IMG/VR virus record: IMGVR_UViG_3300032320_000142 | Coordinates: 1-38,242 of that record | Direction: 5' to 3' (one strand) | Origin: a virus | Lineage: Duplodnaviria; Caudoviricetes | Length of the DNA stretch: 38,242 nt | Shown here: in pieces, positions 28,581-36,341 of the stretch | How the letters are laid out: every line of letters starts with the position of its first letter | How positions within the stretch are numbered: the stretch's first letter is position 1 | The notes under the pieces: model-generated | The model's database searches: none | What the model was told of the DNA's origin: nothing | Seen by the model: only the letters and a program-made list of their open reading frames with translations | Translations under genes and position numbers: made by a program

Positions 28581-28657
28581 AATGCTCTATCATTAATAAA
28601 GAAAGAAATAGTTCGAGCGATAGCGAAGAACAGATGAACGCAGTGAATCTTGAAGTA

Positions 28658-28888
28658 TTAGAAGAAAGGTAATCCTGATTTCTTAGTAGTTTCTAGATTA
28701 TCTTTAATAATTTCTGATATGATTTCACGATCTTCTACACTTAATGCAAAAGCATCATCTAATGAAATACCGCCTCTCATGTACCAAGTTATTTTAATAA
28801 GATCTGTGCGAACGGCTTTGACTTCTTTATCAAGCCCTTCAACGACTCGCAATGCGTCTTCGAGGTTAAGGTTGAAGAGCTTTATGCG
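28658..28888 (-). CDS. Short gp51-like / 'T'-like tail assembly ORF, probably expressed as a -1 frameshift extension of the gp26-like gene
   Basis: The track ORF 28658-28852 starts only at TTG with no clear RBS. Its frame stays open upstream (RIKLFNLNLEDAL...) back to the slippery run at 28888-28897. Confidence 0.7.
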   Translation of the reverse strand, partial: RIKLFNLNLEDALRVVEGLDKEVKAVRTDLIKITWYMRGGISLDDAFALSVEDREIISEIIKDNLETTKKSGLPFF

Positions 28889-29748
28889 AAAAAATTTGAT
28901 GCGTCTAGTGAAATAGGAGTTTCAAATTCTTCCGGAGCACCTTCGTCGCGTTCTTCTTGTGTAGTTACAATTTTGAACATAGGCATAGTAAACTTGTCAC
29001 GTTGTTTTTCAAGATGATCTGTGACTTTGTTAAAGAATTCTTTATCTGAATTACTGACGAATTCGCTGATATACGCTGGATCAGTAACTTCTCCGTCTGG
29101 CGTAACAATTTTAATAATACTTCTAACAATAGTTCCAATATTGATTTCTGTTAGAATTTTAAAACTTTTATTAAATTGTTCAATTTTTTGTTGTTCTGAA
29201 AGTTCTTGACTGTTAACTATACTGAATATTCTCTGTTCTTCCAGCGTTTTAATTGAATTTTTAGTGAATTCTTCGTAGTTAATAGGATGTACAAATGCAG
29301 TTAATTCGTCGTTTATTTTAATTTCAGTGTCGTAAACAGCAGACAGCAGTTTATCTAACGCTAGTCTTAAATCAGTGGTATATGTTTTAGTTACGCTGGT
29401 ATTAGGAATACTGATATCAAGTTCAATTTGTTCACCATAAGTAGCAATACGGATGGCAATCAGTATAGCATCTAAATCGATACTAGGAATCATCCATGCA
29501 TTTTTAATGTTTGGCATGCAACTCTGTATAACATCGACAGTACTTTGACCATTCATTAACGCATCAGGAGTCTTAATTGCAATTTCATCTCTTGCAGTCA
29601 TAGCGTATACTGGAAATTCCATATTCTGGGTAAATTCTATTGAGCCTTTAGGATAAAAATTGCCACTACTAGGCAGTTTAACATATAGTTTTGGCTGTCT
29701 AAAATACTTCTTTAAAGGATTCATTCCTTGTTGTTCTTGGTTTTCCAT
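28882..29748 (-). CDS. gp26: Baseplate hub assembly / tail chaperone protein, T4 gp26-like (288 aa)
   Basis: 'NPLKKYFRQPKLYVKLPSSG.FY', 'VYAMTARDEI..KTPDALMNG' and 'DLDAILIAIRIATYGE' match the gp26-like family. GGAG RBS and a perfect TATAAATA upstream. Confidence 0.8.
   Translation of the reverse strand: MENQEQQGMNPLKKYFRQPKLYVKLPSSGNFYPKGSIEFTQNMEFPVYAMTARDEIAIKTPDALMNGQSTVDVIQSCMPNIKNAWMIPSIDLDAILIAIRIATYGEQIELDISIPNTSVTKTYTTDLRLALDKLLSAVYDTEIKINDELTAFVHPINYEEFTKNSIKTLEEQRIFSIVNSQELSEQQKIEQFNKSFKILTEINIGTIVRSIIKIVTPDGEVTDPAYISEFVSNSDKEFFNKVTDHLEKQRDKFTMPMFKIVTTQEERDEGAPEEFETPISLDASNFFA
28888..28897 (-). other. Predicted programmed -1 ribosomal frameshift site (A AAU UUU UUC)
   Basis: Minus strand reads TCA AAT TTT TTC GCA TAA. 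This holds two overlapping in-phase X XXY YYZ heptamers (A AAT TTT and T TTT TTC) one codon before the stop. The -1 frame is open to 28658. Confidence 0.7.
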
Positions 29749-29765
29749 GCGTTTTTTAACTCCAC

Positions 29766-29771
29766 TAAATA
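29766..29771 (+). promoter_or_regulatory. Late promoter core (TAAATA) for the tape-measure/portal operon
   Basis: cTAAATA in the divergent intergenic gap, 52 nt upstream of the ATG at 29824. Confidence 0.5.
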
Positions 29772-29790
29772 ATAGTACTGCTCGTCTTAT

Positions 29791-29798
29791 TATTTATA
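29791..29798 (-). promoter_or_regulatory. Perfect T4 late promoter TATAAATA for the gp26-like gene
   Basis: tatttata on + strand, 42 nt upstream of the ATG at 29748. Confidence 0.75.
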
Positions 29799-29823
29799 TA
29801 CGCAGTTTTTGACGGAAAAATAA

Positions 29824-32229
29824 ATGCCAATAAAAGTCACGATACCTAATTACGGTACAGTATTAGTCGAAGGAGCCGCAGAAGAATCTACAATGCGTCA
29901 GATATTGACGGCATTGAATAAAGGTGCAGGTACTACATCAGGCTCTAAATCTGGTACAGGTGGCGTGCCACCTGGTGGCGGAGACACGGCCGGCGATAAA
30001 GCCACGGCCGATGCTAAAAAGAAAGGCGAAGCGGCAGAAAAAGGGTTTACTGATTCACTAAATGTTTTTGGCGATGCATTAGAAGGTACAGCACAGACTT
30101 TCGGTAAATCATTTTCTAATACAACACCGGCAATTAAAGACTTTACTGGTTATTTGGCATCGATGCCACTGGCGAATCTCAAAGGTGTCAGCGGAGTAAT
30201 AACACAGTTTGGCGGAGTTTTAGACGACCAAGTACAGATTTTTAGACACTTATCACAGTCTGGTATTGACTTAGGTGATTCTTTACTAACTGCACAGTTA
30301 AAAGCCGGCGAAGCAAGACTTCCGTTAGAGATATTTGCTCGGACAATTAAAGAAAATTCCACATCACTGTCTATGGCATTTGGTTCTGCCAGCCAAGGCG
30401 CAGATAAATTTGCTTCGATACAGGGCAAGTTTATGGCATCTAGTGGTCAAAAATTTGCCGCACTAGGGTTTAGTATGGATGAACTAGCAACTTACAATGC
30501 TAGTTACATGGAACAGTTAAACAGAAGCGGTAAACTTCGCAGTATGAGCGATGCTGAAGTAGCCGCTGGCGCAGAAAAATATAATCAAGAACTAGATAAG
30601 ATGGCCAAGGCTACTGGCATATCTAGGCAGCAGTTAGACGAAGCCAACAAAGCCACACAGCGCGATGCTAGAATGAAACTAGCATTATCAAAATTAGATA
30701 CAGATCAACAAACCGCAGTTAATGCTAAAATTGCACAGTTAAATCAGATGGATCCTAGTGGTCAACTAGCCGCAGGTTTTAAAGATTTAATTGCTGGTGG
30801 TGGTGTAGCACTGACCAAAGAAGCACGTAACTTTACAATGACTATGCAAGCCGCAGGAGTTGATGCTGGCAAAATGACTAGAGACATTTCTAAAGGTCAA
30901 GCAGGTGCTATTGAACAAATGAATGCCGGATTCTATAAAGCCGGCAAAGCGGGAGAACAACTGTCAGAAGGTCAACGAACACTGGCAATGGCCACAGCAA
31001 CTATGGGTCAACAGATTCCTTCGTTGGGACTTGCACAGATGGCTGGCATGCAAGATACCAATGCCGCTATTGATAAGGCTAGAAAAGAACAGGCAGAAAA
31101 AGAAGCAGCCGCGGCAAAAGATCCAACTCGAGCAGTAGCAGGACTAGATCAAACTTTAACACAGATACAAAATTCATTTAAGAAATCATTTATCGAAACA
31201 GGTACATTAGATTTAACTGCTAAAGGAATGAAAATGGCCGCTGATGCAGGTATGGCCGCCGCCGACAAATTTGCAGAAATTGATCCTTCACGAAGAATGA
31301 TAACATTATTTGGCGCAGAAACAGCCAAAGTGTTGGTAAATGATCTTGTTAAGTTGGGCGGAGCCGCTGCCGCAACCTATCTTGGTGCTAAAGGCGCAGG
31401 TATGGCCTATGACAAATACAAAGATATGAAAGATGGAAAACCTCCGGCAGCAGAACCTGCTAAGACTGATACAAAGAAACCTGGAGGCACTCCTGAAAAA
31501 CCGGGATCGACTACCGGCAAAGTATTAAAAGAAGGTGCAGAAGAACTTGGAGAGAAACCAAGTTGGTGGCAAAAAGCCATGGGCGCCTTCAAGAGAAATA
31601 GATACGTTTTATTAGGAACTACTGTTGCTGGAGCCGCTGTTTATTTTTCAGACGAACTAATAGACATGGCTACTCCAGATTTTTTAAAAGCAAGAAAGAC
31701 TTTTGAAACAGGAGGATCGAATACTAGCGGAGTTACTACAAATAATGCCACAGCCGGTGCAAATATTCCTCAGAATATGCAACCTGGAGTCAATAATCAA
31801 ACTGTTACAGGACAAATGAGTAAAGAAGTTGCCGATCTCAATGCCGCACTTAAATCTACAGATTTTTCTAAATTGGCTATACCAGAATCTGTAGGAGCAA
31901 GCATTGATCAGAGTGTTATTAAATTAAAAAATCTCAAAGATACTATCAGCACAACTACATCTGCTTTCAAAGATCTAAACACAGTAAACTTAACCACACT
32001 AAATGAAAGTATCAATAAACTCAACACAACAGTTGAAAAACAAAGCACACAGCCAAAAGCAGAAAAAGTTTCAGCAGTTGTGCCTCCAGGTGCGGAAAAA
32101 GAAATGGTAGCCTTGTTGAATCAGTTAAATATGAACATGGGCCAGATGGTATCGCAACAGTCGGACGCTGTAGATTATTTGAGCAAGACAGCCAAATACA
32201 CTAGACAAGCAACCGGAAATATGGTATAA
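29824..32229 (+). CDS. Tape-measure-like protein (801 aa)
   Basis: Long Ala/Gly/Gln/Met-rich, helix-like sequence with no Cys, including 'ELDKMAKATGISRQQL' and hydrophobic glycine-zipper stretches. Adjacent to the chaperone-like pair. Confidence 0.65.
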   Translation: MPIKVTIPNYGTVLVEGAAEESTMRQILTALNKGAGTTSGSKSGTGGVPPGGGDTAGDKATADAKKKGEAAEKGFTDSLNVFGDALEGTAQTFGKSFSNTTPAIKDFTGYLASMPLANLKGVSGVITQFGGVLDDQVQIFRHLSQSGIDLGDSLLTAQLKAGEARLPLEIFARTIKENSTSLSMAFGSASQGADKFASIQGKFMASSGQKFAALGFSMDELATYNASYMEQLNRSGKLRSMSDAEVAAGAEKYNQELDKMAKATGISRQQLDEANKATQRDARMKLALSKLDTDQQTAVNAKIAQLNQMDPSGQLAAGFKDLIAGGGVALTKEARNFTMTMQAAGVDAGKMTRDISKGQAGAIEQMNAGFYKAGKAGEQLSEGQRTLAMATATMGQQIPSLGLAQMAGMQDTNAAIDKARKEQAEKEAAAAKDPTRAVAGLDQTLTQIQNSFKKSFIETGTLDLTAKGMKMAADAGMAAADKFAEIDPSRRMITLFGAETAKVLVNDLVKLGGAAAATYLGAKGAGMAYDKYKDMKDGKPPAAEPAKTDTKKPGGTPEKPGSTTGKVLKEGAEELGEKPSWWQKAMGAFKRNRYVLLGTTVAGAAVYFSDELIDMATPDFLKARKTFETGGSNTSGVTTNNATAGANIPQNMQPGVNNQTVTGQMSKEVADLNAALKSTDFSKLAIPESVGASIDQSVIKLKNLKDTISTTTSAFKDLNTVNLTTLNESINKLNTTVEKQSTQPKAEKVSAVVPPGAEKEMVALLNQLNMNMGQMVSQQSDAVDYLSKTAKYTRQATGNMV

Positions 32230-32241
32230 TAGGAATTAATA

Positions 32242-33948
32242 ATGAGTTGGAAAAGACATTTCTCTCCAGTAACAACAGGCAACGTAAGCCCAATATCTGG
32301 TGCTGGCGGCAAAATGGGACCAGCACGTTCCAACTATAGTTCCTATCTACCTGATGTATATACAGGATCTCCTAATCGTATTGAACGCTATATGCAATAC
32401 GATACTATGGACTGGGACAGCGAAGTTAATGCCGCACTAGACATTCTAGCAGAATTTTGCACACAGAAAAATAAAGAAAACGGCACACCATTTACATTAA
32501 ATTTTAGAAATCGTGCTACAAATTCTGAAATTAAAATACTAAAAGAATACCTACAGCAATGGACAAAGTTACAACAACTTGATACGAGAATGTTCCGTAT
32601 TGCTCGTAATTTGTTCAAATACGGCGATGGATTCTTTGTTCGTGACCCAGAAACACAAAAATGGTACTACATTGATCCAGGTAAGGTAGTTAAGATTATT
32701 GTCAACGAAAGCGAAGGTAAAAAGCCTGAGCAGTATGTTATACGTGATTTAAACGTTAACCTACAAGATCTTGTAGTAACACAGATTAATCCTAACACAC
32801 AAAACACGCAACCTGGCGGTGCCGCTTATGTACAAGGTGGTAGCGGTGCGAGAGGTATGACTGGTGCATATCCACAACAATCTGGTACAAGATTTAGTAA
32901 AAGTCAAAATGAATTTGCCATCGATGCAAAACACGTAGTTCATCTAAGCCTAAGTGAAGGTTTAGATAATAACTTCCCATTTGGCAATTCATTATTAGAA
33001 TCAGTATTCAAAGTATACAAGCAGAAAGAATTACTGGAAGATGCGATTATTATCTATCGTATACAACGTGCTCCAGAGCGTAGGATTTTTTATATTGACG
33101 TAGGTAATATGCCTAGCCACTTGGCCATGGGATTTGTAGAGCGAGTTAAAAATGAAATCCATCAGCGTCGTATTCCAAGTTCAACTGGCGGCGGAAGTGC
33201 GATTGACAGTGCTTACAATCCGTTAAGCATTAACGAAGATTACTTCTTCCCGCAGACAGCAGAAGGTCGCGGTAGTAAAGTTGAAACACTACCGGGCGGT
33301 ACTAACCTTGGCGAAATTGATGACTTGAAGTACTTTACTAATAAGTTGATGCGAGCTCTACGTATTCCTAGCAGTTACTTGCCGACTGGTGCAGATGACA
33401 GTCAAGCGGCTTTCAATGACGGCAGAGTTGGTACAGCATACATTCAAGAACTTCGTTTTAACAAATACTGTGAACGTTTGCAAACTTTAATGATTCAAAC
33501 GTTTGATACACAGTTTAAATTATTTTTGTATAACAAAGGCGTAAACATTGACTTTGGATTGTTTGATATTAAGTTCCAAAGCCCGCAGAACTTTGCCGCA
33601 TATCGTCAGGCAGAGTTAGACAATCAACGTATCAGTACATTTGCACAGGTAGTTGCATTACCATTCATTGCAAAACGATTTGCACTGAAACGATTCTTAG
33701 GTATGTCCGACGAAGATCTAGCAGAAAATGAACGTCTATGGAAAGAAGAAAGTGGTATGGCTAAGGCTACATCGCAGGATGCCGCAGGAGAATTACGTAC
33801 CGCCGGAGTAAGTCCAACAGGTATCGCCGCAGATGCTAGTGCAATGGCTGGAGCAGAACCTGCACCAGAAGGCATGGCTCCAGAAGCAGGCGCAGAAGGT
33901 GCTCCGCCAGCAGAAGGCGCACCAGCCGCAGGCGCACCACCAGCATAA
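32242..33948 (+). CDS. gp20: Portal protein, T4 gp20-like (568 aa)
   Basis: 'LLEDAIIIYRIQRAPERRIFYIDVGNMP', 'EDYFFP..AEGRGSKVETLPGG.NLGEIDDLKYF..KL.RALRIP.S' and 'ELRFNKYCERLQ'. Confidence 0.96.
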   Translation: MSWKRHFSPVTTGNVSPISGAGGKMGPARSNYSSYLPDVYTGSPNRIERYMQYDTMDWDSEVNAALDILAEFCTQKNKENGTPFTLNFRNRATNSEIKILKEYLQQWTKLQQLDTRMFRIARNLFKYGDGFFVRDPETQKWYYIDPGKVVKIIVNESEGKKPEQYVIRDLNVNLQDLVVTQINPNTQNTQPGGAAYVQGGSGARGMTGAYPQQSGTRFSKSQNEFAIDAKHVVHLSLSEGLDNNFPFGNSLLESVFKVYKQKELLEDAIIIYRIQRAPERRIFYIDVGNMPSHLAMGFVERVKNEIHQRRIPSSTGGGSAIDSAYNPLSINEDYFFPQTAEGRGSKVETLPGGTNLGEIDDLKYFTNKLMRALRIPSSYLPTGADDSQAAFNDGRVGTAYIQELRFNKYCERLQTLMIQTFDTQFKLFLYNKGVNIDFGLFDIKFQSPQNFAAYRQAELDNQRISTFAQVVALPFIAKRFALKRFLGMSDEDLAENERLWKEESGMAKATSQDAAGELRTAGVSPTGIAADASAMAGAEPAPEGMAPEAGAEGAPPAEGAPAAGAPPA

Positions 33949-33951
33949 ATA
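33944..33951 (+). promoter_or_regulatory. Late promoter motif (CATAAATA)
   Basis: Overlaps the portal stop; 5 nt upstream of the ATG at 33957. Confidence 0.55.
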
Positions 33952-33956
33952 CTATT

Positions 33957-34196
33957 ATGATCCTACGTGAACTATTTTATTTTAATCGTAATACTGCTGA
34001 CTTTGAGCAGGATGACAAATATATCTCTCACAGAGATACCGATGTTCTTAGCGGTTTAGACGACACTCGTAAAACTAGATTAACTCTAGGACAGATCAAC
34101 GAGTTACGCAGAGCAAGTGATCAACACATCAAAGAAACTGAAGCCGAGTTAGAATTTATTGCTCGAATGTACGCGGCACCTCCTCCAGCCGCTTGA
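33957..34196 (+). CDS. Small hypothetical head-module protein (79 aa)
   Basis: ATG-started ORF right after the portal gene; N-terminal MILRE. Confidence 0.7.
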   Translation: MILRELFYFNRNTADFEQDDKYISHRDTDVLSGLDDTRKTRLTLGQINELRRASDQHIKETEAELEFIARMYAAPPPAA

Positions 34197-34207
34197 TAAA
34201 TTAATAC

Positions 34208-34783
34208 ATGAATCATGCCTTTGTATTAGGCAACGGACGTAGCCGTATGGCCGTTGATCCTATTAGACTGAAATCTCTTGGTAAATTATACGGTTGTAAT
34301 GCAATATATAGGGACTGTGACCCTGATTATATTGTGTCTGTAGATCCAAAAATGGTTCTAGAATTAACAGATAAAGCAGTACATCGACGTATACCAGTAT
34401 GGACTAATCTCAATACAAAAATAAAAAATATCGCCGGATTGAACTTTTTTGATCCAGCAAAAGGCTGGAGCAGTGGGCCCACAGCACTATGGCTAGCCAG
34501 CACACACGGATACGAAACTGTTTATATTTTAGGATTCGATTACGTGGGAATTAATGACAAACTAAACAATGTTTACTCGGATACTCCTAACTATAGACGT
34601 AGTGTAGAACCTGCAACCTTTCACGGTAACTGGCAAAGACAGACCGAAAGTGTTATAAAAGAATTTACTAAAACTAAATATGTTAGAGTTATTGAACCAG
34701 GCGCAATAGAGTTTGGTTGGAAAAAATATGACAATTACAGTACATTAACTTATGATGAGTTTAAAACTGTAATATTTTATTAA
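34208..34783 (+). CDS. Rossmann-like nucleotide-sugar-binding protein (sialyltransferase/Maf-like fold; 191 aa)
   Basis: 'AFVLGNGRS', 'YGCNAIY', 'SSGPTALWLA...GYETVYILGFD' match the pattern of the GT29/GT42/Maf (DUF115) superfamily. Confidence 0.55.
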   Translation: MNHAFVLGNGRSRMAVDPIRLKSLGKLYGCNAIYRDCDPDYIVSVDPKMVLELTDKAVHRRIPVWTNLNTKIKNIAGLNFFDPAKGWSSGPTALWLASTHGYETVYILGFDYVGINDKLNNVYSDTPNYRRSVEPATFHGNWQRQTESVIKEFTKTKYVRVIEPGAIEFGWKKYDNYSTLTYDEFKTVIFY

Positions 34784-34797
34784 AATATCGTATTTTG

Positions 34798-34821
34798 AAC
34801 CGGTTTGTACCGGTTTTTTTT
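34798..34821 (+). terminator. Intrinsic terminator
   Basis: AACCGGT-TTGT-ACCGGTT hairpin running into a T8 tract, 14 nt after the stop. Confidence 0.8.
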
Positions 34822-34830
34822 ATGTGCATA

Positions 34831-34837
34831 GTAAATA
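34831..34837 (+). promoter_or_regulatory. Late promoter motif (GTAAATA) for the head-assembly operon
   Basis: Directly after the terminator. Followed by a GGGTA-GAAA-TGCCC leader hairpin (34853-34866) and an AGGAGA RBS. Confidence 0.6.
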
Positions 34838-34888
34838 CATCGACAGCCTTGCGGGTAGAAATGCCCCACATTTATATAGGAGAATAAC

Positions 34889-35671
34889 ATGACTGATCGC
34901 GCAAAGTTCGAGCAGATGCTTGAATATCTAATTAATGAAGACAAACAAAAAGCCGAAGAATTGTTCCACGAGTTAGTGGTAGCAAAGTCTCGCGAAATTT
35001 ACGAAAACTTGTTAGACGATGATCTAACATTTGATCAACCAACAGAAGAAGAGTTTGGTTTAGAAGCAAAAGATGAACCACAAGACGACTTGCTTAAAGA
35101 CATCGAAGCCGACGACGAGCCATCAGATGGCATGGGCGGCATGGACGACATGGAAGGTGGCGATGAAGAGCCAGCAACTGTAGGCGACTTAGACCTAATG
35201 AAGCAAGACATTATCGACGCACTAACCGCAGAATTTGAACAAATGATGGGCGGCAAGGGCGAAGAAGGTATTCCTCCAGGCGGCGAAGAAGAAGGTCCAG
35301 AAGCACCAGAAGGTGAAGCACCAGAAGGTGAAGAAGAAGAGCCTAAAGAAGATTTCGTTATGGAATACGTAGAAAAAGTATCTCCACCAAAGCACGGTGA
35401 CAACGGTTCTAACAACAAGTCAATTGTAGCCAACAAGAACGACATGGGCGGTGTTAACGGCATGGGCGGGAAGCGTGAAGCAGACGGCAAAGGCGGTACA
35501 CAAGGTGGATTGGCAAATCCATCGACAAAGGATTTGAATTCTGGTAATGTAAACACACCAGGTTCAAAAAATGCGACAAAACTAAGTAGCGTAGCAAAAG
35601 GTCATGGCGCAGAGAAGAAAGGCTCCGCCGAAAGCGGTGCTTCAACTACCAGCATTATCGGTAGTAAGTAA
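34889..35671 (+). CDS. Acidic prohead core / scaffold-like protein (260 aa)
   Basis: Very Glu/Asp-rich N-terminal two thirds and a Gly/Lys/Asn-rich tail. Occupies the gp67/gp68 position between portal and protease. Contains a 15-bp tandem repeat GAAGCACCAGAAGGT x2 (35300-35329, EAPEG). Confidence 0.6.
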   Translation: MTDRAKFEQMLEYLINEDKQKAEELFHELVVAKSREIYENLLDDDLTFDQPTEEEFGLEAKDEPQDDLLKDIEADDEPSDGMGGMDDMEGGDEEPATVGDLDLMKQDIIDALTAEFEQMMGGKGEEGIPPGGEEEGPEAPEGEAPEGEEEEPKEDFVMEYVEKVSPPKHGDNGSNNKSIVANKNDMGGVNGMGGKREADGKGGTQGGLANPSTKDLNSGNVNTPGSKNATKLSSVAKGHGAEKKGSAESGASTTSIIGSK

Positions 35672-35693
35672 GATTAATTAAGGCCCAAACTAG

Positions 35694-36329
35694 ATGAGCA
35701 ATTTCTACTTACGTGAGAATTTAACATTCGACCAAGCCCGAATGGTTGTGGAGTCGGATGGCACTGATGGTAAAAACATGTACCTCAAAGGTATTTGTAT
35801 CCAAGGTGGCATTCGTAACGCCAATCAGCGTGTGTATCCTGTGAGCGAAATCGGCAGGGCTGTCAAAACACTAAACGACCAGATCACTGGCGGGTATTCA
35901 GTTCTTGGCGAAGTAGATCATCCAGATGACTTAAAAATTAATCTTGACCGTGTAAGCCATATGATCACAGAAATGTGGATGGATGGACCAAACGGTTATG
36001 GCAAAATGAAGATCCTTCCGACACCTATGGGACAACTAGTGAAAACTATGTTAGAAAGTGGAGTGAAGTTAGGAGTTAGTTCACGCGGATCCGGAAACGT
36101 CAAGGAAGACGGTTCCGGTGAAGTATCGGATTTCGAGATTATTACAGTTGATGTAGTAGCTCAACCATCTGCCCCGGGAGCGTATCCAACGCCCATTTAT
36201 GAGCATCTCATGAATACGAGGGGAGGTTATAAGGCATTTTTAACAGCACAAGAAGTCTCAGGCGACAAAAAGGCACAGCAATACTTAAAAGAAAGCCTAT
36301 TAAAAATAATAGGTGGACTCCAATCATAA
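35694..36329 (+). CDS. gp21: Prohead core protease, T4 gp21-like (211 aa)
   Basis: 'RNANQRVYP', 'LGEVDHP', 'VSH.I', 'ILPTPMG', 'LGVSSRGSG' and 'DVVAQPSAPGAY'. Confidence 0.95.
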   Translation: MSNFYLRENLTFDQARMVVESDGTDGKNMYLKGICIQGGIRNANQRVYPVSEIGRAVKTLNDQITGGYSVLGEVDHPDDLKINLDRVSHMITEMWMDGPNGYGKMKILPTPMGQLVKTMLESGVKLGVSSRGSGNVKEDGSGEVSDFEIITVDVVAQPSAPGAYPTPIYEHLMNTRGGYKAFLTAQEVSGDKKAQQYLKESLLKIIGGLQS

Positions 36330-36341
36330 GGGAGAATCACA

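Noticed and set aside
28481-28586. CRISPR or TIGR-like array
   Set aside because: Only two imperfect copies, cores of 10-12 nt, and no cas or Nop-domain gene in the window.
28214-28657. Assignment of the gap as tRNA, tmRNA, RNase P, SRP, or a group I/II intron
   Set aside because: By eye I found no cloverleaf/T-loop, tmRNA termini or tag ORF, RNase P GAGGAAAGUCC, SRP loop, group I P7 or group II domain V pattern. The flanking genes are convergent and not interrupted. cmscan is needed to be sure.
33840-33945. GC-rich repetitive 3' end of the portal gene, and the EAPEG repeat at 35300-35329
   Set aside because: Explained by low-complexity Ala/Pro/Glu/Gly protein segments, not by a separate DNA element.
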